Below are positions 26,373 to 39,216 of a stretch of 64,000 nucleotides of DNA, in pieces. Under the pieces are notes generated by a model. It searched no databases. It was not told the DNA's origin and saw only the letters and a list, made by a program, of their open reading frames with translations. Positions within the stretch are counted from its first letter, which is position 1. Every line of letters starts with the position of its first letter. The DNA is from Octopus sinensis (taxonomy: Eukaryota). The DNA lies in the NCBI RefSeq assembly GCF_006345805.1, contig NC_043003.1:19468001-19532000 (forward strand). The letters are read 5' to 3'. The position numbers were made by a program, and so were the translations under genes.

Positions 26373-26694
26373 TTCCTAATGTCCGTTATGACATAAGCTT
26401 TTACAGAACAGAAGGGGATCAAACGGCCATCGCGAACCACATGTTTTAGGTTGGACAGAAGCAGGTTTTGCACGATTCACCAAACAACTTTTAACTAATG
26501 TTATGCTCTTATTAAATCACATGACTATTCAAGATATTCTCAGAAACGGAAGAATTTTTAAAACTTATAATTTGTTTGCCGCCAAGCAATTTGTATAAGT
26601 ATCGCGATGGTTGTGTGTGTAAATTGTTCAGCAGACCGTGACGGATATTACTAGCTAGACAGAGCTAGTGTATGGAAAAGCACATAGCTGCTAC

Positions 26695-26732
<38 letters not shown>

Positions 26733-26883
26733 AAATAAGCAACGAGGATATCCAGTGGTAATGCAGTACGACCTCTGGGTATCCATGTTGCTTATTTTGA
26801 TTTTATTCACCTTATTTTGAAATTGTATAGATAATACCGTTCTAAATTCCGGTGCCTCAACTTAAGTACCTAATTCGTCTGAA

Positions 26884-26922
<39 letters not shown>

Positions 26923-27769
26923 AGATTCAGATATAAATACGTTGTAGAGAAATTTATTATTCTAAATTCAATTTAGTCTTCAATTGGGATACAATTTATT
27001 CTTCAGTTGGGAAATCAATTCGCAATACAAAATAATAATAATAGTAATTTATTTCTTTATTGCCCACATGGGGCTAAACATAGAGGGTACAAACAAGGAC
27101 AGACAAACGGATTAATTCGACCATATCGACCCTAGTGCGTAACTGGTACTTATTTAATCGACCCCGAAAGGATGAAAGGCAAAGTCGACCTCGGCGAAAT
27201 TTGAACTCAGAACGTAAAAGTAAGCATTTCGCCCGGCGTACTAACGATTCTAACACGAAAAATTTTATCATATGTTCATTTACAAATGCAACCAAGTCTG
27301 TGATGTCATTATTTGTTTCTCTTGCTATTTCTTTTGAAGTTAAATCACTAATTTGACGGTTTATTTTTGGCAGCCCAGAGCCACAATCTAACAAATTTTT
27401 GCCTCCCATGTCCAAAACTTCAATTTCAATCCTCAATCTCAATCTGTGTTTGGTAAAAATTTGTTTCAGAGAACTGAATATTGATATCTGGGTTTGGCTG
27501 TTGAACTGCATACTTTAAGTCCACAGCCATGTCCTCACGATGTTTCATCCAAAGCTGTAGGGGACCGCCAAGTTGACACGTGTTCAGTATAATTGCAAAA
27601 AGGTTATGGAGTTACCTTGGAGAATCTGATACTGATGCTTCAGTCAATGCAAGGTTCCAATGCTCATCATATTCTTTAAAAAAACCTTGTTGATAGCATA
27701 CTTTCCTATAAGTTTCACACATATTACGATTTATCCTCCTCGAATGTTGGAATGATTTAGGACCACGTA

Positions 27770-28281
27770 CCGTAAATCCTCGAGTATAATCCGCCCTTGA
27801 GTATAATACGCAGGGGATATTTAGGGGGTTGTTCATCTGAAAAACCTAAACTTTGTGTATAATACACACCACTTCTCTAACTTGAGTCGAGGAGGTCTAT
27901 ATAACGTCCTTGTTTTGTAAAACTGTATACGGTAACGGCCTTTATTATTATTGTATATATAACATAATGCAAACGTGTAGCTTTTTTGTGCATTTTGTTT
28001 GCAGAAAATAAAGAAATAACAGTAATAACGTTTAATAAATGTTGCTTACTGCAAGTTATGGATGATTCTTTTATGACTTCATTGCTTTTGGGCTTAGCTT
28101 AAGGTATTTTCGTGCCCGACATCACAAAATGCGTCTGAATAAATATTGCCGGACAGCAAATCGAGACTCAGACGTTGCTTAGAAAATAATTTTCATTTTT
28201 AACCTCGTATATAGTACGCACTAGGGATTTTGACCTTTAAATTTTGGGGAAAAAATGCGGATTATACTCGAGGATTTACGG
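27770..28281. mobile_element. pogo/Tigger-like MITE
   Basis: Perfect 25-bp TIR CCGTAAATCCTCGAGTATAATCCGC and TA TSD. Confidence 0.9.
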
Positions 28282-28782
28282 TACTTCATGCAAAAAGAGC
28301 CATAAGTAGCATTCTGCTTGGCTTGGGTAGAGACACTGTAAACTCTTGCAAGAGCGTTGGCCCGTTTCCTCTTGTGTCATTTTTCGTTTCTGCAGGTGTA
28401 ATACTTCGGTAATTGTGGGTAAAGAAGTTTTCTTGCATCTACATCTACTTGACACAACTTAAAAATGGTAGTAAGGGTAGCTTCTTTAGGAGAAAGTGCT
28501 TGTTGCAAGGTTGTTTGTTTTGTAAAGATAACCAGTGGCCATTCTCTAGATGGATACTCAGATGAATGATGGCTGGGTACCTCACATGACTGGGAAAATT
28601 GAAGATGCACCAAAAAACCTCATTGGTACAGATGTATCTTCCTCTCTCATCCCCTACAACTTCGTCATTTTTATTTGTCTGCTGACTGCCATTCTGCATA
28701 AGAGTATATGTGGCAGCATCTAAACCTGTGTTTAGATATTTGCAAACATGCTTAATAGAGTTAACAGAGTTGCAGAATTCTT

Positions 28783-29335
28783 ATTTCTTTATTGCCCACA
28801 AGGGGCTAAACATAGAGGGGACAAACAAGGACAGAGAAAGGGATTAAGTTGATTAGATCGACCCCAGTGCGTAACTGGTACTTACTTTATCGACCCCGAA
28901 AGGATGAAAGGCAAAGTCAACCTCGGCGGAATTTGAACTCAGAACATAACGACAGACGAAATAGCTATTTCTTTTCTACCCACAAGGAGGTAAACACAGA
29001 GGAGACAAACAAGGACAGAGAGACGGATTTAATCGATTATATCGACCCCAGTTCGTAACTGGTACTTATTTAATCGACCCCGAAAGGATGAAAGGCAAAG
29101 TCGACCTCGGCGGAAATTGAACTCAGAACGTAGCGGCAACCGAAATACCCATTTCTTTACTACCCACAAGGGGCTAAACACAGGGAAACGGATTAAGTCG
29201 ATTACATCGACTCCAGTGCCTAACTGGTACTTAATTTATCGACCCCGAAAGGATGAAAGGCAAAGTCGACCTCGGCGGAAATTGAACTCAGAACGTAACG
29301 GCAGCCGAAATACCGCTAAGCATTCCAACCGGCGT
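28783..29335 (-). mobile_element. SINE family C, truncated head + three bodies
   Basis: Three colinear CGACCCCGAAAGGATGAAAGGCAAAGTC units. Confidence 0.9.
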
Positions 29336-29466
29336 ACGTGTGCTCGTCTTTGCTTCACTGTAGAATACTGATCATCTACATCTACCTCAACTCCTCTTGT
29401 AGTGAATGAGAACATTGTTCTCGGAAACTTTTTCGAAAATTAAAATGGGTATTAAATGAAAAAATG

Positions 29467-30277
29467 GGATCTTTTCCTTTTGAACGGCAGTTTTCAACAC
29501 AATTTCTAGTTAACTAAACACTTTTAAACTTCGTATACTGGTAGAATGTGTCAAAATAAAACATTTTTTTCTCTTGGCTTTCTTGAGAAAATTGTAATTT
29601 GTAAGTTTAACGTAGTTTAATTTTTCGAATTTTAACCAATCGATGGCCTCTATTGAGCTAAAATAATTTGCTGCGTCTAAAACTGAGACAACATCCTGTC
29701 ACTAACCCTAACCCAAACCCTAATACTAACTCTAACCCTAACACTAACCCTAACCCTAAATTTTAGCCTTTCGTTTTTTTTTTTCTTAATTGTTAAATTA
29801 ATTTAATTATTACGCGTGTGTCTAAAATTATTCGTTTTGTTTTTGCTTTCGTTTTAGCCTTTCGTTTTTTTTTTCTTAAATGTTAAATTAATTTAATTAT
29901 TACGCGTGTGTCTAAAATTATTCGTTTTGTTTTTGCTTTCGTTTTAGCCTTTCGTTTTTTTTTTTCTTAAATGTTAAATTAATTTAAGGATAACAATTAA
30001 GAAAAAAAAACGAAAGGCTAAAATTTAGGGTTAGGATTAGGGCTAGGGTTAGTGTTAGGGTTAGGGTTAGTGTTTGGGTTAGGGTTAGGGTTAGTGACAG
30101 GATGCTGTCTCAGTTTTAGACGCAGCAAATGATTTTAGCTCAATAGAGGCCATCGATTGGTTAAAATTCGAAAAATTAAACTACGTTAAACTTACAAATT
30201 ACAATTTTCTCAAGAAAGCCAAGAGAAAAAAATGTTTTATTTTGTGTTGAAAACTGCCGTTCAAAAGGAAAAGATAC
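29467..30277. mobile_element. Fold-back element of the same family with longer (TAACCC)n/(TTAGGG)n tracts and an internal ~89-bp tandem duplication
   Basis: Same termini. The right arm has a deletion and no TSD was seen. Confidence 0.85.
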
Positions 30278-32139
30278 GTTATTTGTTCCCGAAAAATGGC
30301 AGGAAAATGTTACTGAGGTTTAATGTTTAATCAATTTTACCTAATCAGAAAACAGGATTTGGAAGCTGGCATTTTCTGCATGATAGCTGTCTATCACAAA
30401 ATGAATGCAAAATCATTAGGAGGAATTTTTATTAAATAAACGAAAGCTAAGCATTACGACGACCAAAGTTGTAAGGACTTCTGAAGTTTTAATAAATTCT
30501 AATGAATAAAGTCATATGTATCGGCCGAACAGATATGTAAATGATTTTAAAAGGAAAAAACACCTCATCGAAGTTTTTGTTTTTGCGAAAAATTGCTCAA
30601 ATTTATCCTTTTCAAAAGGCCTATTTGTCGGGGAAGGCATGGTCCGACATGGAATAAAGAAGAATTTATGTAAGACATTCTATTGTAAAAATTGCCCGTC
30701 AATGATGGGCTATTCAGCTAGTATATTACAATTTAGCAAAAACTTCGAATTTAAAGAACTCGAAATTTGAAAACAAAAAATGCTTAATCTATAAAAATAA
30801 TATTCAATACCTCAATGTAGATTGAAATTTACTATAGATAAACTAGTTTGAAATAACTATTTAAAAATTCAGTGAAAATAAGAATTATATTTATAAACAC
30901 AGCATCTTTTTTTATCCACAAAATTAAATGCCAAAAATTGAATTAATAAGAGATACTAAGTTGTCCCCCTTAGAATATTTCTTTTTAATAGGAAACTCTT
31001 ACTGCAGTGGATCTCTCTATCAGCCTTCCAGAAGTCCAGGATCTCCAGAAATCTGGGCACACCGTGCAATACCGTTCATACCCTGTACCCTGCACTGAAT
31101 AAGCAAACCCTCTTTTTGAAGTTGCTTAATTTGCATACAGTGTGTTAATCTGTACCGGTATCTGTTGAATAAAATCGTTCCTATTTTTCCTCTTTCAGTT
31201 TTCATCCCATAAACAGTATACTGTACACCTGGAATAGTATGATATATTTTATGAATTCTTAATAGATTAACAAACCTTAAATAAACGGTGCTTTAGAAGT
31301 GCATTTATTTAAATCTGCTAAACACAATTTTGCTCTTTACTTTTCATACTGTATTTTATACTTCATATAGGCGTGGCTGTATGGTAAGAAGCTTGCTTCC
31401 CAACCACATGGTTCCAGGTTCAGTCCCACTGCATGGTACCTTGGGCAAGTGTCTTCTTCTATGGCCACGGGCCGACCAAAGCCTTGTGAGTGGATTTGGT
31501 AGACGGAAATTGAAAGAAGCCTCTCGTATATATATGTATGTATGCGTGTGTGTGTGTGTGTCTGCGTTTGTCCCCACCTCCCACTATCGCTGACAACCGA
31601 TGTTGGTGTGTTTACGTTCCCATAATGTAGCGGTTCGGCAAACGAGACCGATAGAATAAGTACTAAGCTTACAAATAATAAGTCCTGGGGCCGATTTCTT
31701 CGACTAAAAAAAAACTCTTTAAGACGGTGCTCCAACATGGCCGCAGTCAAATGACTGTGATAAATAAAAAGTACATATATTTTTTCAAGGTCTCTAGAAA
31801 ACCAGATGATCCGAAGCTCCGGGACATTTCTTGTCCCCATTTCTCCTTTTTGCCGGATCGTTGCTCCGGTACTGTGTTATAAAAACGTCATTAGAATGAT
31901 TAAATTATTTGTTGTCTAGAAGGATATGTAAGAAATCAATATTATTCTCGGCAATCCTTCGGTATTAGTATACAACGTCGTTCAACCACACAACGTTCTC
32001 TCATGACGTAAATAAAGAGGTTAGGCTGAAAAAGAGGATTAACGACGTTGTCTATTAATCTTTTCTGCTCAAGGTACTAGACCCGAAATTTTGGGGGAAG
32101 GGGCCAGTCAATTAGATCGATCTCAGTACGCAACTGACC

Positions 32140-33348
32140 TGGCCTCTTGGAAAGGAAGCTTCGCTGTTTGAAGAGAATTGTGGAAAACGAACCCCGTTCA
32201 AAAGCTTCAGGATATTGCAAAACAGCTTGAAGTTAGTCCAAGAACGTGTGTTACATATCTGCATAAGCTTTGGGTATTATGGACAAGCCGCTAGAAGAAA
32301 ACCTCTCCTTCAACCAATTAATATCATGAAAAGAAAGAAATGAGGAGATGCCAGAAAAATCCAGTTCATTTTGGGATAGTGTGATTTTCTCAGATGAATT
32401 TGCATTATTTTTAGACAGTGGACGTGTTTGGGTCTAGAGACTTCCCAATTAAGAATTTGATTTGAAACGACTCCAACCAACTGTGAAACAAGGCGGTATC
32501 TCTATAATGGTATCGGGAGCTGTCACCAGCAATGGTCGTTCAGAGCTGATTGAATGCGTTGGAACCATAAACTCTGAAAAATACATCAAAATACTTAGGC
32601 AAGGACTACTTCCAATGTATTCACATAATATAACGAAAAATGAGTTTTTATTCATGGAAGATGGGGCTCCATGCCATACAGCGAAAAGGAATCAACAACA
32701 GCTGACTGAAAATGGGATGAAAAAGCTTCCTTGGCCGAGCAAATCTCCTGACATGAACCCAATTCAAAATCTTTGGGGTATACGAGACAGAGCAAGGTGA
32801 ATTCTTTCGATTGTTGCATGAAAAGTGGGCAGAAATTCCACATAGCTCATCAGTTCAATGCCAAAAAGACATGACATGTCGGGTGGATTTGCCAGAGGGG
32901 CAGATTCAACCCATAACATTACATGACATGTCATAGATTTGCCAGAGGGGCAGACCCAACCCATAACATTACATGACATGTCAGGGATTTGCCAGAGGGG
33001 CACAACCAAACCAAAACATTACATGACATGTCGGAGATTCGCCAGAGGGGCCGGGCCAATCCATAACATTACATGACATGTCGGAGATTCGCCAGAGGGG
33101 CCGGGCCAATCCATAACATTACATGACAGGTCACGGATTCGCCAGAAGGGCAGACCCAATTCAAAACATTACATGGCATGTCACGTATTCGCCAAAGAGG
33201 CAAACCCAATCCATAACATTACATGACATATCGGGGATTCGTCTTAGCCTCGGCGTCGCCTGTAGTAATGTTGCGATGGTGCTGGCTTGCTTCAGTAGGT
33301 TCCAATGAACCTTGTGATGTGTGACTGACCAATTGAGACACCTTGTGT
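32140..33348 (+). pseudogene. Tc1-family DDE transposase fossil plus 3' region
   Basis: [37 protein letters not shown] and [15 protein letters not shown], with stops and frameshifts. Confidence 0.9.
32860..33240 (+). repeat. Tandem array of about 50 bp x about 7.5 units
   Basis: Unit CCATAACATTACATGACATGTCGGAGATTCGCCAGAGGGGCCGGGCCAAT. Units 33011-33060 and 33061-33110 differ at one position. Confidence 0.95.
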
Positions 33349-33491
33349 TGAATTAATGTATTTTTCTCCTTTATTTCTTTCCTTGTTCCTCTTTTTTCCA
33401 TTTTCTCCCGGTTTTGAATTAATATTTTAAATGTGGTTTTGTTATTATATACGTTATCATATAGATACATGTTATATTCCAATAAAAGTAC

Positions 33492-33744
33492 GGCATTCCT
33501 TCGATATAACTCGACAAAATCAAAACACTTCACTTCGGGTATTTCCTTGAAAGCAAATGACAGTTCAATTCTGTTTTCTGCTTGGAAATTTGCGGATTTT
33601 ACATACACACATGAAACAATAAAGAACAAGGCCTTTTTTCTTCAAGTTTAAAATATTGCTGGCATAATTTCGTTATATCTATACTCCACAACCCACGGAA
33701 ATACCCGAAGTTTTGATTTTATCGAGTTATATCGAAGGAATGCC
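33492..33744. mobile_element. Same GG-terminal MITE family
   Basis: TIR GGCATTCCTTCGATATAACTCG. TSD AAAAGTAC at 33484 and 34168, displaced by a nested insertion. Confidence 0.8.
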
Positions 33745-33745
33745 A

Positions 33746-34160
33746 GGATCTTTTTGGTTTGAACGGCAGTTTTTTCCAGCAGTGTCATATGACATTGTCG
33801 CCCATAATTATGACCCTAGTATCGATCTATTGCATTTCAATCTGTTTTAGGGTTAGGGGTGGAGGGAAGGGTATCTTTTTTCTTCAGAAATGTAAATAAA
33901 CCCAATCTGTTTCTTAAACGAGGGACATATTCATACGGCACAGAATTTTTTTCACCTCAATAGACGTCATTGATTGGTTGAAATTGCAGAAATTGAAGAA
34001 AAAAAACAACAAATATCTTTACAAACTAAGGAATTTTCTCAATAAAGCCAAGAGAAAAAGAGGATCTTTTATAAACACATTCTACCAGTATACGAAGTTT
34101 AAAAGTGTTTAGTTACGTGGAAATTATTTAAAAAAACTATCGTTCAAACCGAAAACATCA
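33746..34160. mobile_element. GGATC-terminal element with a short TTAGGG tract (Merlin-like)
   Basis: 8-bp TSD GAATGCCA at 33738 and 34161. The right part is homologous to the 23767 family. Confidence 0.75.
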
Positions 34161-35232
34161 GAATGCCAAAAGTACTTTTAAATGTAAGAAAGAAAAAAAC
34201 AAGAATAAAAACAATTTTCGATTTGACATAAGCGGTTAATGTTAATTTGTTACTATTTACCGCGTGGTAAGCGACAACATGTGTTGTTTTAGTGATGGCA
34301 TCAGCCGAAATAGTCATAACAACCAATTATGATCAACACTGATAATTACACAAATGCTGAGAGTAATTAATACATAATTCAAATTAAAATGTCTTTAACA
34401 CGAACTATATTCACATCTTTCAGAAGGAAACAGTTTTGTTCAGCGTGTAGATTATCATTGTTGCATTATGACCGGGCGCCTCTTTATACAAACCAAGTGA
34501 AATGTTCAAGTCCGAGGACCAGGACGATATTTACTCGACCTCAACATTCACAACTATCAACTACTCTCAATGGAGCCGAACCCAAAGACTGGATGTCTTC
34601 AGCTTTGCCGATGCGATACGTATTTGTTACAACATCGGAAGCTATTTGGGAAGATGTACCGGGTATTCGTCTGTTTTATGTCTTTATGTACATGTATATA
34701 TCATTGTGTCCTTGACTTCCCCTCTAAATGTTTTGATTTTGGATTTAACTATATTTAAGCGTGTTAGATTCATACAATGCCAAACAACCAAATTAATTGT
34801 TCTGATGTATGAGAAACTCGTTATTTAGCCTTAATACTAACAAATTATTATAAGGTGCGATTTATTTTGTTTCGACATTCTCCTATATGTTTGTTTTTCT
34901 TTTGATAATGTAGGCCTAGACGCACTGTCTAAAATATAATATTAATAATGATGATGACAATAATAAAAAGCGGGGCTGAACTGGAGTTAGCCTACACACT
35001 GCAGATCGGTGTGTACACACCCGATTCGATCCATTGACCTGCGTAAACACTAAGCAGTTCTAGTAAAGCTTCAGTCTTTACATGTTACTACCTTAATTGT
35101 TTTATTTCGCCCTCTCTGTTTCCATTGTCAGATACCTTTAACGAACTCTATTGCCAGTGTTCGACTAGGTTCTTGCTTTGAGGATATTCTCCTCGCTCTC
35201 TACCTTCAACCAGTCTCGGAGGTCCTGTAAAG

Positions 35233-35735
35233 CAGGGTTCCCCAACCACCGGGCCGTGGATCATTTGGTATCGAACCGCACAGAAGGAATAAACTTTAAA
35301 AAATTTTGACTATTGCAGTCTGCAGGATGCTTTCGCATTATATGCATATTAGGCATTCTTTCGATATAACTCGACAAAATCAAAACATTCCACTTCAGGT
35401 TTTTACGTGGAAGCAAATGACAGTTCGATTCTGTTTTCTGCTTGGAAATTTGCGGATTTTACATACACACATGAAACAGGTAAGAACAAATATGCCAGGC
35501 TTTTTTTTTCAAGTTTAAAATGAAACATTGCTGGCATAATTTCGTTATATCTATACTCCACAACCCACAGAAATACCCGAAGTGAAATGTTTTGATTTTG
35601 TCGAGTTATATCGAAAGAATGCCGCATAATATATATGTATTATATTTGTAATAATTAAATTATATATTATGCACTTTATTGTTATGTGCGTGATTCCCCG
35701 ATGTCCGTTGTGTAAAAATAAGTTGGGGACTCCTG
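35233..35735. mobile_element. hAT (Charlie-like) MITE with a nested MITE
   Basis: TIR CAGGGTTCCCCAAC / GTTGGGGACTCCTG and perfect 8-bp TSD CTGTAAAG. Confidence 0.85.
35352..35623. mobile_element. GG-terminal MITE with 8-bp TSD (Merlin-like)
   Basis: About 35-bp TIR GGCATTCTTTCGATATAACTCGACAAAATCAAAAC, TSD GCATATTA/GCATAATA. Confidence 0.75.
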
Positions 35736-37910
35736 CTGTAAAGGATCAAGGGCACTGCTTTCGTTCTTGATTAAAAGATTTAAAAAAATCTTTATTGTAT
35801 GATTTAAAAAAAGACATACGATGAGTCCATCGGTAATTAGGAATGTTTCTTACAAGATCACAAGGAGTATGTAAGGCGGCAAGTTGGCAGAATCATTAGC
35901 ACGCCGGACAAAATGCTTAGCGGCATTTCATCCGTCTTTACTTTCCGAGTTTAAGTTCCGCCGAGGTCAGCTTTACCTTTCATCCTTTTGGGGTCGATAA
36001 AATAAGTTGCAGTCGAGTACTGGGGTTGATGTGGTCGACTTAATCCCTCCCCTGAAAGCCTTGGGCCAAAATTTGAAACTAATGTTAAGAGTATGTTTAA
36101 GTCGAATGGTTGACTCGATTGTAGGTAGCTGAATTTCATTAATGACTGTTAAGTTAACATTACAATATTTAGTGTCTAGATCAATTTTTTCTTTAAAATG
36201 CTTAGGCGACAAAGAGAAGATAATAGTGATTTCAAATTCTGGCACAAGGCCAGCAATTTCGTGATAGGGGATAAGTCAATTACATTGACCCCCAGTGTTC
36301 GCCTGGTACTTATTTTTACCGAAAGCATGAAAGGCAAAGTCTACCTTTGCGGAATTTGAACTGAGAACGTAAAGACGGACGAAGTGCCGCTAAGCATTTT
36401 GTCCAGCTTGCTAAGAGAGAAGGCAATATTCATCCCGTGAGTACTATTTCTATAATTTCAGCAAGCAGGGGGAATAACTCCAGATATATTCCGCAATTTG
36501 AACTACAACTCATTAGCCTTCACTCAGTTTTCTCTGTCCCAAATCTTTTACTCAATCTATCCTCTTTAGAGCCCCCTCCTTCTGGAACTATTGGTGATGT
36601 TCTATCCTCTGCCGTTAATCTTAGTATGTAGACATTAACCACACTAACCTCACCTGGATCCCCTAGTTTAGGCAGGTCCAATCTGAAAGAGCTGTTGGTA
36701 CTATTTCTTATTGAACTATTAATTTCTCCATTCAAAAGTGAAATATGTTAGTTTGCCCTGATGAAGAACAAAAGTCCAAAACTTTGGACAAAACCCTTCA
36801 TTTCTCTCCAACAAATTATTCTGCCTATGATGTAAAACTTTTCACTTCTCACAGCAGACTATGTTATTCCACATAGACCAACACTACTTTCATCGGATCC
36901 TACTGTTCACTTCAGTAATTTCCTACATCAGCTCAAGGCACATATTTTGTTGCCGTATTTCTGTTGACGTATACTGCCTTTTCTTTCACTCATATTTGAA
37001 AATAATGAAAAATTGGGAAAATAACTTCGCCATTGTTATGCTAGTGCTTGGAACATAAACTAACATGAAATTTTGGTAGGAAATTTTAGATCACTTTAAA
37101 GGAATTTGTATCATATAACCAATGGGTTAACATCGAAGGAACCATATGATAATGAAGTCCTATATACTTTGGTTTAGTCTCTTTACTCTTTTACTTGTTT
37201 CAGTCATTTGACAGCAGCCATGCTGCAGCACCGCCTTTAGTCGAGTAAATCGACCCCAGGTCTTATTCTTTGTAAGCCTAGTACTTATTCTATCAGTCTC
37301 TTTTTCTGAAACACACCAGCATCAGTTGTCAAGCGATGTTGGGTGGGGGGGAACAAACACAGACACACAAACATACACACACACACACACACATATATAT
37401 ATACATATATACGATGGGTCTCTTAGTTTCCATCTACCAAATCCACTCACAAGGCTTTGGTCAGCCCGAGACTATAGTAGAAGCCCAAGGTGCCACGCAG
37501 TGGGACTGAACCCGGAACCATGTGGTTGGTAAGCAAGCTACTTACCACACAGCCACTCCTGTGCCTATATAATCTTCTCTTTTGTTGGTGATATCTATTA
37601 ATCACTTGAATTGACCCATGCTTGTTACTTATATTAGCCACCAGAGATGCTAAGTTAACCCTAGCAGTATTTGAATTTGTTATAATGGGAAGAAATTAAT
37701 AACTTAGATATTTCACTGCTGTTTTAGTTGAATTAACTAATGAATTTTTTTTTAAAGCCTGTGTCTGTCAACCTAAGACAAGTAAAATTAGAAGCAACTA
37801 CTCTTCCCTTCACAAAGTCAACCCTGTGTTTGTTACACAATATTAATACTTTGTTACACATAATACACATTAATGCTGGGTGATGATGATAAGTACTGCT
37901 GTATCACAGA

Positions 37911-37995
37911 ATGAGAGACCCTGTTGAATGCTTTCTACCTGTTGATGAATCCGAAGTACAGCAGCTTACTTTTAACTACATACTTCCCTCTGCAA
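37911..37995 (+). CDS. Probable first coding exon of the alpha/beta-hydrolase-like gene (MRDPVECFLPVDESEVQQLTFNYILPSA)
   Basis: Acceptor CACAG at 37905-37909 followed by A-ATG and an open frame. It ends in phase 1, which matches the next exon. The donor GTGTAT is weak. Confidence 0.45.
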
Positions 37996-38690
37996 GTGTA
38001 TCACCAGGAAGAGAGCATCAGCATAATTTTTCCTGACATAAAACTAAACTGCATCTCATGCAGGCTAATCCTTTTCCTTATTACTTAAGTTATAGCTCTT
38101 TCTACGATTTTCATGATCTAGTCCAGCAATATATATATATGTAGAAAAAAGTGAAAGGAGTACAGTGAACTTGCCATGAGGAATGGAATATCCAACGTTT
38201 TGGATTCAATCCTTCACCAGGGGCAGAGAAAAAGAGTAAAAAGTCAAACAGAGTTTACATCCTCTCAGCTTGAAAAAACTGGCTGCAACTCAAGACTTTT
38301 CTTCTTTCTTTTTCCCTCTCTGCTGACTGCATATATATATATATATTGTTTGTTACTTCTTGAGCCATGCCTGGCTCATAAGGGCCGGTTTCCCAGTTTC
38401 TTTGGCATATAGGTTCCCCACCTGGATGGGACGCTGGTCCATCACAGGTGAGCTGCAAAATACAGGAAGAAAGAGTGAGAGAAAGTTGTGGCAAAAGAGT
38501 CAGCAGAAGTTCACCATTACCTTCTGCCAGAGCCGCGTGGAGCTTAAGTGTTTCACTCATAAACACACACATCGCCCGGTCTGAGATTCGAACCCGTAAT
38601 CCCTTGACCACGAATCCGCTGCTCTAACCACTAGGCCATGTGCCTCCACATATACACACACACACAACATACATACATACATACATATAC

Positions 38691-38908
38691 ATGAGAGAGT
38701 GCTGAAAAGTTCCTGGCGTTAAGGGTATCATGAAAGGCCTGTTTGGAGGCCCAATCAGCCGAGTTCTTTTAAGGAGCTTAGAAAAACTGAAGGACTGCTG
38801 CAATAAGTGTGTGAATTTGAGAGGGGAATATGTTGAATAAAATCATAAGTAAGTGATCCTCCTGTATTTTCTTTCACCCAAAGCCAGGAACTTTCCAACA
38901 CCCCCTCA
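38691..38908. mobile_element. Mariner-like MITE
   Basis: TIR ..GTGCTGAAAAGTTCCTGGC / GCCAGGAACTTT..CACCCCCTC with TA flank. Confidence 0.75.
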
Positions 38909-39216
38909 TATATATATGTGTGCGTGTGTGTGTAGAATCAACTTAATGGTAGTTTGATGAAGTGCCACTGTGATATACATACATACTGTGGAACCTTTTG
39001 CACAAAATCATTTGTATGCAATATGGTTAGAAATTTAGAAACAGAATGGCACAGAAATAATTGCTATGAATAATAAAGTTGCCCTATACAAAGTCTTCGT
39101 CTCTTTCTTATATGTGTGTGTTGTGTGTGTAATGTATGGATGTCTGCATGTATGTATGTGTTTGCCAATTGCTTTTGAAAAAGTTTTTCCAGAAATGTTT
39201 TTATTTTTATTCTTAG

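Larger units (their letters stand above)
27255..29440 (-). pseudogene. Helitron Rep/helicase (RepHel) fossil interrupted by a SINE array and a pogo-like MITE
   Basis: In order on the minus strand: RGVEVD..AHV, EFCNSVNSIKHVCKYLNTG, DEV...GRYICTNEVFWCIFNFPSH, LSIHLENG, ATLTTIFKLC..ARKLLYPQLPKYYT, HEVRGPKSF, EHWNLALTEA, MGGKNL. Confidence 0.85.

Noticed and set aside
29700-30095. True telomere or chromosome fusion site
   Set aside because: The tracts are short, degenerate and symmetric inside a TIR element that recurs in this window.
32870-33230. p53 response elements in the 50-bp array
   Set aside because: Only single imperfect half-sites (GACATGTC) with no paired decamers.
32860-33240. CRISPR-like array
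   Set aside because: Whole units repeat with no unique spacers, there are no cas genes, and the context is eukaryotic.
34389-34828. Second Tc1/mariner transposase fragment
   Set aside because: Only a faint YDRAPLY resemblance to QDxAPxH, which is insufficient.
36758-36800. Hammerhead (also CTGATGA at 54939 and 62619, CTGAAGA at 22863)
   Set aside because: No GAAA after a helix II, or no helix I/III pairing. At most decayed.
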